Positions 11,310-24,443 are shown, counted from the first letter of the stretch. The stretch is 64,000 nt of DNA from Octopus vulgaris (GCA_951406725.2 OX597818.1:100316001-100380000), one strand, 5' to 3'. The notes: generated by a model from the sequence alone, not told the origin. Numbers and translations are program-made.

Positions 11310-12730
11310 TTATTCTGCTCCAAAAGTAGAGTGAGTCAGGTTTCGAAGAACCGAATTCAAAACTTTTTGTGATAGAAGTTCACTATTCAGCACCCGAATG
11401 GAATGTTGGGACTTAACAAAAATGAGGAGGATGATTTTACCACATACGCTGGAGTAGTCAAGCGTAAGTGCGAAAATTTCAAAGTCCAGAATGTCACTCA
11501 AAATATGTAATTTATCGCCCGTTGCAGCATGTGCTATTTTCGCTACTTTACGAAACCCCGGTTTCCCATAATTTCCCCCAAGTATCCGCATTTATAATGC
11601 ACCTGAAGATAAAGACATTCGTGCAAGGATTTTCTCGAAAATGGAGCTAGCACACCAGGATTTAGTTCTACAGATAATCGTAGAAGAGTGACAGACTATG
11701 ATAAATCTTAAACATAATGTGAACAAAATACAAGATAAAGACTCTGCAAAATTTCAAATGTGTGATCCCAGGAAACACAAAAAAAAATGTGTGAGGGTCC
11801 AATCCGTGTTATTGTTGTGGGGTCCTACATTACAAAATGATTGTCCGTTTAAAAACAAAGAGTGCTATAGTCATCAGAAGTTGGGACACAGAAGTTCTCA
11901 TTGTAGAACAAGACTACGATGCTCAAACACAAAGTTCTAATGTGTTTTCAGCGGAGAGTGATTGCGACGAAAAATCAAGAAAATTCCTGCACATAAAAAT
12001 AAATGATGTGAATACCAAATTACAGTTAGACACAAGTAGTGATATCTCCATTATAAATGCGGATACTTGGGGAAAAAAAAAAGAAACCGGCATTTCGTAA
12101 AGCAGCGAAAATAGCACGTGGTGTAACGGGCGATAAATTGCATTTCATTAGCAAAACCTGTATCGACATCACATTTCGATGAGAGACACGCGAAGAAAAA
12201 TTATTCGTTGTGGATAATACAATCAATCTTTTTGGCACAGATTAGTTAGAAGTATTCGATTTATGGCACCTCCCAGTAAATACTTACAGCAATAACATAA
12301 ATAATTGTCCCGTTAAAAACAAGGCGTCGGAAGAATTGAACGAAAGAATTGTTCCGGAATTGCTATAAAAGGATTTAAGGTCTATGTAGAAAGACAGAAG
12401 CATATTTCCAAGTTAGTGAACAGAAATTACCGTTCGCAGCGATTGAAACTAACTGAAGTGTTGGACAGACTCGAAAAGAGTTGAAACATCAAGAAGGTGG
12501 ATTACTCGAAGTGGGCGGCATCCACGGTATGTATTTAAAAAGATAATAATATTAGACTGTGCGCTAATTTCAGTACAGGCTTGAACTACTCCTTAAGAGC
12601 ATACCACCATCCACTGCCGACTGTAGAATACATCTTTTCAAAATAAAATGTTGGAAAATTGTTTTTCAAAATTAGATCCGTCTCAAACCTATTTACTGAT
12701 AATCGTAAATATAAAATGTTCAAACTATAT
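11310..12730 (+). mobile_element. Ty3/gypsy LTR retrotransposon internal remnant (gag zinc knuckles, protease, start of RT)
   Basis: Gag-like EDDFTTYAGVVKRKCENFK; CPFKNKEC...LGHRSSHC; protease LQLDTSSDISII; RT-like SKWAAST, IRLCANFSTGLN, HHPLPTVE, KLD; many frameshifts. Confidence 0.8.
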
Positions 12731-13361
12731 TATGGAAATAAAAAATGCTTAAAAAAAAAAAATGAAATTCAGAAGCCAGTAGTTTTGCAATTTGCGAGGA
12801 TATTCTGAAGTATGCCCAAACAGTGGGGCTTCATGCACGCTCAGAAGAATTGTATATTATGATCATTAAGTTCTGGATACGATCTGTTATTTTGCTCTTA
12901 CAGGAACTGGGATTGCATAGTTTTAAATTGTCAACAATATGAAACTGCACTTTTACCTTAGCTCGGAGGCTACTTGCGTTTTAATTAAGATCAAAGTAGG
13001 TGGTTAACGATGTGAAAAAATCTATCGTCACATTACACACATACATGCACATCCTTATATACGCATGTATATATGATGTAAATACTGCTTATTACACACA
13101 CATACATATGTATACATGAATGTGTATGTATAAATATTCGTTTCTATCAATAACTCCGACACTAACACTGACAGTAATATATTATATGAAGAGAAAAGAA
13201 AATCCATTTCTTATAAAAGTATATAAAGTGATTTCCTAGAGCCTATTAAAAGTTGAATAAAATATCTTTCATTGTTGATCTATGATGATTGACATTAGAC
13301 TAAAACGCCCCAAGAATACTGTAGGAAATATATGACCACCACGCCTACCATTAATACACGC

Positions 13362-13770
13362 GGATCTTTTCGGTTTGAATGGCGGTTTTTTTCTAGCGGT
13401 GTCATATGAAATTGTCACCCATAATTATGACCCTAGTATCGATCTATTACATTTCAATCTGTTTTAGGGTTAGGGTAGGGGTAGGGTATCTTTCTTTCTT
13501 CACAAATGTAAATAAACCCAATCTGTTTCTTAAACGAAGGACATATTCATACGGCAGAGAATGTTTTTTTTTACCTCAATGGACGTCATTGATTAGTTGA
13601 AATTGCAGAAATTGAAGAAAAAACAGCAAATATCTTACAAACTATAGAATTTTCGCAATAAAACCAAGAGAAAAAGATGCTTTATAAACACATTCTACCA
13701 GTATACGAAGTTTAAAATTTTTTAGTTACCTAGAACTTGTTAAAAACTGCTGTTCAAACCGAAAAGATCC
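13362..13770. mobile_element. MITE with ~29-bp TIRs and 8-bp TSD
   Basis: GGATCTTTTCGGTTTGAATGGCGGTTTTT ... AAAAACTGCTGTTCAAACCGAAAAGATCC; ATACACGC duplicated at 13354-13361 and 13771-13778. Confidence 0.9.
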
Positions 13771-14149
13771 ATACACGCCTACTATCAATAACTCCTACCA
13801 CAATGCAACTCACATCATCTCCACTATCAATCTACCAACATTTGAACTGGTTACAACTGGCTACAACAGATATCAGTATGTATGACAACATGTGTGTGTG
13901 TATATGAGTGTTTGTGTATGTTTGTGTGTGTGTGTGTGTGGTTCATGTCTCAAGTAAGAAATGCCTATAAAATCTGATGATCCTTCTGCCAACAGTAATT
14001 ATATTGTACTTTCTCCTCGAACCCTCACGCTTTCCTCTCACTTTCATTATTACATCCTTAGGAATACAACTATTTTCCGCTCTCACGAAACAGAATCTCA
14101 GCAAGGCCATTTTTCTTTTCACTACATAGTTGTTGGGATTAATTAATCA

Positions 14150-14530
14150 TTGTCTGGAAACACATCAAGAAGCACTGAAGGCGCTAGTGCGAAAAGGGTT
14201 CGTAAATGGATTACACCGGATGTTAAACTTGATGTTTTAAAATTTTTTCATGCGGGAGGAAAACTAATTTATATTGGCAATATATTAAATCTTGTAAAGT
14301 GTACCGAGGGAGAAATACGTGATAACAGAGTGAAAATGATATCATGTGTACAAGGATCTACCCCATTAACTTTCCGGGGCTTATTTTGCCATAGATCTGA
14401 TCTAATGCTTAAAACAGAACGACCCTTGAGAGTATGGATCAATAATCAGTAGCAGCGTAAAGTGTAGGTAGACATGATAATTATTAAAAAGAAACTAAAC
14501 GTTTCAATGAGAATTTACAGAAAAAAGAAG
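14150..14530 (+). pseudogene. pogo/Tigger transposase N-terminal fragment (CENP-B-like HTH)
   Basis: KRVRKWITPDVKLDVLK...GGKL...IRDNR...MLKTERPLRVWINNQ. Confidence 0.65.
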
Positions 14531-14569
14531 GGGGAACATTTAGCATAATCCTATGAACCCGGAAAATTT

Positions 14570-14890
14570 AAAACAGAGGGTTAACCACTTGCAAGCAAAT
14601 GTGATAACATGTAACAATATTGACCGAGGTTACCGTGGTCTTTTCCGTAGGCTTTTCTTCCCAAGGATAAACCTTATCTGCTTCCCCCCTTTACACTTTA
14701 CATCACGACACTGTGATACACGATCCCTATTGATCGTTTTTTTTCTTTTCCCTTTTTTCTTCGTTCCCTTTTACGATCCCTTTTGATCGAAAACCTACCT
14801 CACCCTTTTTTTTCTCTCCCCCCAAAAGAAAAGCTCTACTTTGTAATCTGTCCCGTCTGTGTGCAGGCCTGTGTGGCTAGTAAAGAAACA
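14570..14890 (+). mobile_element. LINE 3'-end remnant (Tx1-like tail)
   Basis: Pyrimidine-rich UTR ending TGTCCCGTCTGTGTGCAGGCCTGTGTGGCTAGTAAAGAAA, similar to the tail at ~11290 and to SINE A tails. Confidence 0.45.
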
Positions 14891-15664
14891 TATCTAGTGC
14901 TGCCAAGGTAGTGAATGTATAGAATATACTTATTTTTCTATGAGTTAACGTTTAGCCAGTTGTATTCGGCAGTGCTTATTGTACTTTTCTCAATGTAGCT
15001 GTATATATTCTTATAGTAACGTAAACGTAACTCTATTATCCGGTTTTACCCAGTTTTCTAAAATGTGCAAATTATCGATAAACTATATTTATTGATAGTT
15101 CTAATTTTGTGTTTTAAGGAAATACAATTAGTACATTTTTATAACAATTATTTTATCGTAATTATTCTATTACAAATATTTTATCAGTTTTCATCATAAT
15201 TATTTCTATCAAATATGTTTTATTCGACAATTTCTTTTACTTTTTACTGAGGTACACCATTTATATATTTGTTCTAATTTAAGGTGTTCTGATGAAAAAA
15301 ACCTGCTTACCTCAACTAATGAGCATGAAGCATAAAACTAATCTCAAGAGGAACATGAATGTGTCGCTTCACGTTCAGCGATCGAGACGAACTCTCTCTG
15401 GGATTACTGATCCTTTTGGGAAAAGAGTGTAACTGTGGAAACTGAAGGCGTTTGATCGGAAATTGTGTATCTAATGAGTTTTGTGGAAAGCGTGGATTGA
15501 GATCGTCTCACTTAGTGCAACTAGTTATAATAGTGGCGTTGAATACACGAAGAATAAAGGTTCTGACAGCTAATTTCCTAACATAACAGTCTCTTTGCTT
15601 TCAAATTGCGTATGCATGGTAATCAGCGCGCCTACATTCAGCTATAAATTGTAAGGAAGGACAA

Positions 15665-15896
15665 GGCGGCGAGCTGGCAGAAACATTAGTGCAGCAGGCG
15701 AAATGCTTAGCGGTATTTCGTCTGCCGCTACGTTCTGAGTTCAAATTCCGCCGAGGTCGACTTTGCCTTTCATCCTTTCGGGGTCGATTGAATAAGCACC
15801 AGTTACGCACTGGGATCGATATAATCAACTTAATCCGTTTGTCTGTCTTTGTTTGTCCTCTCTTGTGTTTAACCCCTTTGTGGGTAGTAAAGAAAT
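15665..15896 (+). mobile_element. SINE family A (tRNA-derived head, Nin/Deu-like central block)
   Basis: GGCGGCGAGCTGGCAGAA...GAGTTCAAATTCC (B box)...GTCGACTTTGCCTTTCATCCTTTCGGGGTCGAT...GTAAAGAAATA. Confidence 0.9.
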
Positions 15897-16226
15897 ATGT
15901 AAGGAAGGACAGCTTTGTCAGGAAGAGAGCTGAGAAGAAAATCTATTGCGTAGTTGACATTATTGACAATGCCAGATACAGCGTGAACAGCCTTGTACCA
16001 TTAGGATGGGCTGGTACTTCATGAATGACTCTCTCCTTAATACCTTGCAAAATGATATTTTGATGATCCAGGCATTTCACCCTTCAGAAAGCCACTCATG
16101 CGTTCTATAATTCTAAGAGAATAAAAAATATTTTCATAATAATTTTTAGTTATGAATTGATGATTGGGTTACCATTTTTTTCTGTTTTGTGAGTTTATGT
16201 CTCCAATTGTGAGTTTATGTCTCCAA

Positions 16227-16347
16227 CCTCGTGGAGCTTTAGGTGCTTTCGCTCAATAAACACACACAACGCCCGGTCTGGGAATCGAAACCGTGATCCT
16301 CCGACCGCGAGTCCGCTGCCCTAACAATTGGGCCATTGCGCCTCCAC
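16227..16347 (-). mobile_element. SINE family E 5' part (tRNA-like head)
   Basis: Reverse complement GGAGGCGCAATGGCCCAATTGTTAGGGCAGCGGACTCGCGGTCG...GGTTTCGATTCCC matches the head at 58172. Confidence 0.8.
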
Positions 16348-17493
16348 TGTTGCTGCTATTCGCCAACTTCGTCGCTGTAAAAAAAAGCACAAACAAAACA
16401 AACAAACGAAAACACAGTCGGGTTGATAGAGTTCATATTTAAAGCACACGAAGCTAAAATAGTAACGAAAATTATTTTCCAAACACTCAGAGACAGAAAC
16501 CCAAGATAAACGACCACAGGCATAGAAAAGGCACTTATGTACACATTATCAGGAAGTGTTATAGACATAAAAAAGATTGAAATAAGGCTATTAGAGATTC
16601 TTTGAAAGAAACATTCAGTCTCTCAATTATCTGATCTACCCTTCTCAGACAAATTTAGATAATCTCTACTTCTGTTAATTCCAGTAAACTTATAGCAGGA
16701 GATGCAAAAATACCTAACCAGAAATCAGTTTGTAAGCAATGTTAATTGTTTAAAGTTCCTATTCGCAGATATAGTGTCAGCGATACAGGAATTTCTGAAA
16801 TTTTCTCAAGCGCATCTGCATTTTATTTCGTTGATGACGTGTACACATTTTGTGTAGCAGAAGTTTAAATTATACAGAACTTCCTAGATTTTATCTTCCC
16901 ATTGTACACTCATGTTTTCACATGCTATATTGACGCCTACGTACCCTTCATTCAATTTCCTGCTAGTTCTACTGTTTTTCGTTTATATTCTTTCTTTTCA
17001 AATTCTTTTTCTTTTCTCTTCCTATCGTCCTATTTAATGAATTATGATCAGGTTGGCTCCTATGTTTTTACCCTGAATCCCATGCTGTCATTAATTTACT
17101 GTTCAATCGAGTTTTGTAATACGTTTGCATAAGACGCATATTTTCTATTAATGGTAACCAATATGTTGCTTGTTGTGGCTGTTGTTAGTCTATTTGCTTT
17201 TCTTGGTGATGGTGTGTTTCTCGTTATTTTATTCTTTTCCTTTATTTTATGTGTGTTGTTGCTTTTTATTTTGAAGCATAGATTTTAGGTGTGATTTTGA
17301 GTTATTAGCATCGGTCTCTCTCTTCACATTCACTGCAAGAAACAGTTTTGGATTTATTGTTGTCGAAGATAAATCTAGGCCGTGATAAGGGGCAACAGGA
17401 TCTGTTTAAAAATGAACGAATAGAAATATAGCCTCTTTTTACTCACTGCTTCATCAACATCGAACGGGTCATTAAAATATACATATACGTACG

Positions 17494-17550
<57 letters not shown>

Positions 17551-17554
<4 letters not shown>

Positions 17555-17780
17555 CTTTATTACCCACAAGGGGTTAAACACAGAGGGGACAAATAAGGAC
17601 AGACAAACAGATTAAGTCGATTATATCGACCCTAGTGTGTAACTGGTACTTATTTAATCGACCCCGAAAGGATGAAAGGCAAAGTCGACCTCGGCGGAAT
17701 TTGAACTCAGAGCGTAACGGCAGACGAAATACGGCTACGAATTTCGCCCGGCGTGCTAACGATTCTGCCAGCTCGCCGCC
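17551..17780 (-). mobile_element. SINE family A
   Basis: Reverse complement of the family A sequence, flanked by (TA)n. Confidence 0.9.
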
Positions 17781-17883
17781 ATATATATATCAATAATACT
17801 ATATTTGTTCCACGTCCTCGCGTTGTTGTGTTTTTTTTGTGTTTTCTTGTTTGGATTAACTTTATATATATATATATATATAT

Positions 17884-18285
17884 AATGGGACCAGAACGCA
17901 AAACATCCGGACGACTAGGTGATAAAAACAGGGACAACAAAACATCCGGGTAGACGATACAAAAAACAAGTACGGGTCATTCGATGCCTTTTATCCTTAG
18001 CCAAGAACCGGATCATTCTCGCAATTTCGGTTTATTAATCTTGAGACTGCTCCAATCTGACCAGCCCCAAGGAAAAACTAAGCTAAGAGCATTAGATTCC
18101 TTGGAAAAAAGCATCGAAAACAAGGACGGAAAAACAGACGATGCTACACGAATAAAAATACAATAAAAGCAATAATAATCATAATAACCAGCTATCTCAA
18201 GATTTTGTGTATCGTCTATATGGATGTTTTGTTGTCATTTTTTGTATCACCTAGTTGTCCGGATGTTTTGCGTTCTGGTCCCATT
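17884..18285. mobile_element. Non-autonomous element with ~80-bp terminal inverted repeats
   Basis: AATGGGACCAGAACGCAAAACATCCGGACGACTAGGTGATA...GATACAAAA (17884-17964) vs reverse complement at 18203-18285. Confidence 0.8.
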
Positions 18286-19331
18286 TTGTATTTTATATAC
18301 ACATATATACCGGCCTAAGTACACTTTATTCTCTATTATATATATATAATATTACCAACAAGCATAATACATAGCTCTATGTATAAAACAACATGATGAC
18401 TTATTCGGCGGTCACCCCAGGAAAAATAAAAGCAAAAGTTTTAGTCGACTTAAGCTAGAAAAATAAACATAATTTTCATAACTCATACTAGCCTAAGACC
18501 AGCGAGGATTTCTAGAGTGCTGACATTATTTTTAAAAACGAAATTAATTAGTTTTTGCTGCTGACAATAAACAACTAGAAATTCAAGTACAGACAGCACC
18601 TGGATTTACATCAGCAATTGTTGCGAGAATCGGATTAGAAAATACGCCAAGACAACCCTGTAAAAAATAATTAATTATAAAGAAAACAAATTGATAAAAC
18701 GTTACGGACAGAATGTTTTAAGAGAATTACATTTCAGATGGTGTTTCTCCGTCGGTATCGACGAAGAGCCTACTGTTGTTCAGATAACCGAATTATTGTA
18801 AGTTAAATTAACGTGCAGGTGGTTGACTATTACTCAGATATTTGTACATTTAACGCAAATCATTGGTCGAATTATTGCGATACAATATGATAGATATAGG
18901 ACGTTTGAATGAGATATGTAGGAGACAAAGCGATGGAAAGAGAGTGAGAGAGAGAGAGAGGGAGAGAGAGAGGGAGAGAGGGAGAGAGAGAGGGAGAGAG
19001 AGAGAAGGAGACAGACGAAGAATTGATAAAAAGAAAATGGCCCATGATTTAAAGTCCATCAAAGTACGAATGGTAGAACTGACTTCCGTTGGATTTGGAC
19101 ACTCAGCTTTCATTTTGGGAGAGCAGGATAGTCGATTATATCGAACCAAGTACTCGACTGTTACTCGGCATTTCGTCCGTCATTACGTTTTGATTTTCAA
19201 TTCCTCCGAGGTTGAACTTGCCTTTTATCGTTTCAGGATTGATAAATTAAGCACCAGTCAAGTAGTGGGGTTCGATGTGATCGACGTATTGCTCACCGCA
19301 CATTTCAGGCTTTGTGCCTATTGTAGAAAGG

Positions 19332-19387
<56 letters not shown>

Positions 19388-19401
19388 CATTTTTATTATT
19401 A

Positions 19402-19442
<41 letters not shown>

Positions 19443-19449
19443 TTCTCCT

Positions 19450-20630
19450 CATCACAAGTTTTCTTGGAGCTCCTGGAGTCTTGCATGCATAGCAGGCTTA
19501 CTACCTGCAGCCAACGGTACCATGCTATTCATTCTTTCCTGATTATTCTGGCCGTGCCAAGGAGGCAACACTTTTGTAACAGTTCCACTGGGCACTCTAT
19601 TCCAATTTCCTGTATATTCCTCTTGATGCATTCTGATACCGTTGTTCCTAAGGACCCAACATAAGTTGGCGTGCCAGTCTCTGAAATTTGTACTCATACC
19701 ACGTCTTGCCTCTCTCTAGCTCTCACTTTTCGCACCGTTTCCACTGTAGTACATTCGCTACCTGGTAGTGTCACCACAACTTGTAGTGTGGCTGTGTGGT
19801 AAGTAGCTTGCTTACGAACCACATAGTTCTGGGTTCAGTCCCACTGCGTGGGCAAGTGTCTTCTACTATAGCCTCGGGCCAAACAAAGCCTTGTGAGTGG
19901 ATTTAGTTGGCGGAAACTGAAAGAAACCCATCGTATATATGTATGTGTGCGTGTGTGTGCGTGTGTGTATGTTTGTGTGTCTGTGTTTGCACCACCCCCC
20001 AGCATCGCTTGACAACTGATGCTGGTTTGTTTACGTCCCTGTAACTTAGCGGTTCGGCAAAAGAGACAGATATAATAAGCACTAGGCTTACAACGAATAA
20101 GATTTGTTCGAATAAAGGCGGTGCTACTGCATAGCCACAGTCAAATGACTGAAATAAATAAAAGAGTAAAAGTGGAAAAAGAATAAGTCTAGGATAGTCG
20201 TTCGGGATAGGAGCAATGGTTTCATCTACTCTATTGCAGATGCAGTACAACGGATACACTTGCACATTCCTAAGGTTTGATTATCCAGTTCATGGTCCTG
20301 CGCTGCTAATAAATTCGCCCAGTCTCTTTTTATAGTGTTCCTTTCATCAGCAATTCCCACCTTTTTTTTCCAGCAACTACTGTTGTGGCTGCGTGGAATT
20401 GATTGTGTAGTCCCTTTTTGTGTAATTCTTCTTCATGTCTGTTTTGTACTAATTCCTTTTTTTCCCCTACTTTCAATACTCCCTCGAGTTCGACACGCAC
20501 GTAGTCTTCCACAGTTATCAGTCCTCTACTTCCATTTGCTCTCTCCATGTTTATACAATTTGAAGAGGATTTTTTTTACATGCATCATTAATAATTTGGC
20601 GCTTGTGATTTTGGGAGTCTGTAGAAGTAG
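19450..20630 (-). mobile_element. Degenerate R4/Dong-type LINE 3' region, interrupted by a SINE B; (AAT)n tail at 19332-19440
   Basis: GSRGLITVEDYV, KGLHNQF, LAAQDH, CICNRVDETI, then ELLQKCCLLGTARIIRK (RLE end). Confidence 0.75.
19785..20170 (+). mobile_element. SINE family B nested in the R4/Dong remnant
   Basis: Head, internal microsatellite and CAGTCAAATGACTGAAA tail present. Confidence 0.9.
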
Positions 20631-20674
20631 CTAGTTTTGTGTTCAAAAGAGTTAGATGGTTACATTCTTTTTTA

Positions 20675-20849
20675 CCAACATATCATGGCAGTCCTGGTTT
20701 AGGATTAATGTTGCTGTAATTTAGTCCCAGGAGACATCGTCTCCAGCTGGCTATACGTCACGATCTGTGTCATTACATTTTCGATGATGTCTCCTGGGGA
20801 TAAATTACAGCAACATTAGTCCTAAACCAGGACTGCCATGTTATGTTGG
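20675..20849. repeat. Foldback/MITE-like inverted repeat (~67-bp arms, ~40-bp spacer)
   Basis: CCAACATATCATGGCAGTCCTGGTTTAGGATTAATGTTGCTGTAATTTAGTCCCAGGAGACATCGTC vs GATGATGTCTCCTGGGGATAAATTACAGCAACATTAGTCCTAAACCAGGACTGCCATGTTATGTTGG. Confidence 0.9.
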
Positions 20850-20879
20850 CAAACAATCTTTACTAGAAAGTACTGTTGC

Positions 20880-21815
20880 TGAATATCTTACGTTGTGAGA
20901 TTTAAAAATAGTAATTTTATAAGATCACATTCTTTGTCAAGCTTGTTAGATGTTGATGAATGAGTGTGTTCAGTTTTGTCGTCGTTTTTAATTTTTGGTG
21001 TGTTCTACGTCCATAATTATTACAACACTTCCCTTATTTGCTTCCTTAATTATTATGTTATTGATTTTGAGGTTATGCATAATTTCTCAGCCTTTTTGAC
21101 TGGTAGTGGGTTTGCTTTTAGGATTTGGTAGTCCTTTATATAGGAAGGTGGATATAAAATCACAAAATTTATCTAATTCTTCACTCTAACCTTTCGTAGA
21201 CCTGTAATTGCTTTTGTTTCTTACAATTGATTCTTCCTTGTTATCAAAATTGAGTGATTCCTCTGTTAGACGCAGTTCTTTTACAGAACTGTAAAATATT
21301 GTCATGGAAATTCGCGTATTGTTGTGTTGGTGTAAATTTTAGGTGTTTTGAGAGAATAATGATTTCTTGTACTAAAAAGGATATTTTGGATAGGTTATAT
21401 ATCTTTGGTTTCTGACCGGATGTCAAGAATTCTGTAGGCTGGGTAATAAAAATAAATGATCTTCCAAATTCGTTCTTGAATTGGTATTTATGTATCCTTT
21501 GATGTTTTCTCTGTTATCATGTCCTCCTTTGTATTGGATTTGTTCATTCCTTCGTCTAGATTGTGGTTGCTTCTGTCTACAATTGTTTTTCAACTTGTTA
21601 TATATTATTTCTTGAGTAGGTTGTAGACTTCGATTCAATCGAAGCGGAGTGAAAACTCTAAACCTTTTTGTTGGAGTATTTTGTAATCGGAAAATTCTCG
21701 AATAGTCCTTACAGATTTGATGAATAAACTGAATAAAGTTTCCAATCTTAGGTACCTTAGCAGTCGAGTGAGAATGGAAATTGTGAATTTTAACTTTCTT
21801 TAGGAATGGGTTAAC
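20880..21815 (-). mobile_element. Penelope-like element (PLE) ORF N-terminal remnant
   Basis: IYNLSK...EIIILSKHLKFTPT...ILQFCK resembles the PLE NLS...LSKGLKFxPT motif; a degenerate I..ADK motif lies near 20940. Confidence 0.6.
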
Positions 21816-21859
21816 CCTGTGTGTGTATATATTTGTGTGTATGGGTGTGTGTGTATGAA

Positions 21860-21903
<44 letters not shown>

Positions 21904-21944
21904 CATATATATATCTATATCTATACATACATATATCTATATCT

Positions 21945-21992
<48 letters not shown>

Positions 21993-22597
21993 TTATGTAT
22001 GTATGTATGTATGTATATTTAGGTAAATTGCATATACATAGAAACAATACTGATAATTTTGCATAATTTTACATTTATGTAAATTTGAGTACTTTTAAAA
22101 TTAAATTATATTAATTTTCATGATTATTCAGTAGCGATATTCGTATCTCCTAAAAGATTTTAGACGTATATGTTTACAAAAACTTATTAGAAATTTGTGG
22201 AATAGCTTTTACAACCTTTCAGCCGTGGTAGTGAAGACAAGTATGTGAATATTGGATAATGCCAATTCTTCTATCGCGTACGTTTTTAATAGATCACTTG
22301 TATCAGGAACTTAAACAACACTCTTTCCATTTCTCTTACAAAATATAAAATATCATTCTTATCTAAGAAATCAATATTGGTTCCTGTCCAATATGAAGCA
22401 AAAGGAAACTTTGTTGCAGATTATAGTGTTGACAAAACAAACTCATAATACGTTTCTAACAATTTATCGATGCCAGATTCATTGACGTTGTAAAGAAATG
22501 AAAGCGCTGTAACCTGACGTGATAGTAATTGCAAGATCCCCCCAAGATCAAAAACTTATATCTTATGTGAGGATGAAAACATTCAGCTCAACACAAA

Positions 22598-22637
<40 letters not shown>

Positions 22638-22811
22638 CGGGTAAGTTTACGAAAATAAACAAAAGACGAAGGCAAGTGGAGTACAATCAAACAAATGTAT
22701 TAGTATAGCGCTCAGGAATAGAAATACGCTCGTCGACAGAAAGATACACAGAAAAAAACAAGGAGATAAACAAGGAGAGAAAAAAATTCGTGTAGGAGCT
22801 AACGATCTATC

Positions 22812-23140
22812 ATGGCGGTTTAGTGGTTAGAGCATCGAGTTTGCGATCGTGAGATTGCGAGTTCAATTCCCGGACCGGGCTGCGTGTTGTGTTTTTGAGC
22901 AAGATACTTTATTTTACGTTGCTCCAGTTCACTCAGCTGTAGAAATGAGTTGCGACATCACTAGTACCAAGCTGTATCGGCCTTTGCTTTTCCCTTGCAT
23001 AACATAAGTGGTGGGGAGAGGTGAGGCTGGTATGCACGGGCGACTGCTGGCCTTCCACAAACAAATTTTCCCGGACATGTGCCTCGGAGGGTAACTTTCT
23101 AGCTGGAATCCCATGGTCATTCATGACTGAAGGGGGTCTC
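22812..23140 (+). mobile_element. SINE family C (tRNA-derived)
   Basis: TAGTGGTTAGAGC...GAGTTCAATTCCC head; colinear with the 43408 and 51931 copies. Confidence 0.9.
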
Positions 23141-23154
23141 CTCCACACAAACAC

Positions 23155-23391
23155 AAAGGGAGAATTTAGAAAAAAACCCAGAAAAACAAAAGACGAAGAT
23201 GGGTGTGTAAACAGCAAAATATCGAAGAGATGTATTGGTTGAACGCTCGGAAAGTGAGAAATTCTTTTATGTTTCGAGCCTACGCTCTTCGACAGAAAGG
23301 AACACGAGAATAAACAAGGAGAGAAAATTGAAAAAAAAAATGGAAAACAGAAAATAGAAAAAGGTTTAGTGGCTAACGATCTAACATGGCG
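23155..23391 (-). mobile_element. Short PLE-like element with minimal hammerhead motif (23264-23299); related partial copy at 22637-22817
   Basis: Reverse complement CTTT-CTGTCGA-A-GAGC-GTAG-GCTC-GAAAC-AT-A-AAAG; same family at 26110-26275 and 26480-26630. Confidence 0.6.
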
Positions 23392-24443
23392 ATGTGCACA
23401 TTGTTGTTTATCTACGTGGTATGATACTATCATCGAGTGGAAATGAAGACACGTTGCCATATATGTTTCCGCACTAGCTGCGCCGTTCACGGTATTAATC
23501 AAACACATACATATCAAAGCAGAAGACGAGCACTGCAAAAACCAACTGATATCGAAATTTAACAGCACCAAGGGAAAGGGAATTGTAAATCAGTGAAAAG
23601 ATTTATATAATATATGATGTTTTATTTTTCTTCTTTTTTCAAAACATGTTACTCAACAACGCAAAAATGTGTTCTGTGGCATAATTAGCATTCAGTTTCG
23701 TTGTACTATGTTATAAAATTGAATCAACAAATTCATCGATTTGGTGCCTTCCTCGATGATTACCATTAACTAAAGGTCATAATAATATCTCCGATATAAA
23801 GAGAGAAAAGAATGATTCGATAACTTTGTACCTGTATATGAAATCGATATTAAGAGTCATGAAAAACGTATATTAAAATTGACATCTCTTACGGTTTTCA
23901 TCTCTATGTATGTATCAGTCAGTCAACTTCTATGCTTGAACATGTTGCTTGGTGTGTATGTGGTTTTGAATCTTTTCACAAAACGCAAGCGCATATACTA
24001 ACAGATCTGCTCACAAATATACGCACAACCATACATTACGCATCCATCCATATCCATACATCCATCCATACATACATACTTACTTATATACATAAGTACA
24101 TAAGTACGTATGTCAGTACGTATGTATGTACGTACGTCTGCACGTAAGAATGTATGAATGTATGTATGTATGTATGTAATTATGTATGTATGTATGTATA
24201 TATGTATGTATGAATGTATAGAGTTGTGTCTGCCAATATATCCTATACATAGATACAAATATATGGCTAATAGAGTAAGATAAATGGCTAAAACAATTTT
24301 ACACACTCACACACTTAGGTATATATGTATGCAAGTATGTATGTATGTGGACATTTGTATGCGTAGATCTATATTTAAGAGATGTGGAATTATGTACATT
24401 ATTTACATTCGAAGGATATTTGTCCTTATCTTGTTTGTTGTTA

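Noticed and set aside
15310-15395. CTAATGA GCATGAAGC...GCTTCACGT degenerate hammerhead-like arrangement
   Set aside because: Both core boxes are mutated and GAAAC is absent; too weak.
18599-18657. Possible small minus-strand exon (GCLGVFSNPILATIADVNP)
   Set aside because: Weak donor site, no partner exon or homology.
22812-22880. tRNA-like sequences at SINE heads (also 16270-16347, 43408, 45113, 52190-52262, 58172)
   Set aside because: They continue into SINE bodies and lack a proper acceptor stem, so they are not tRNA genes.
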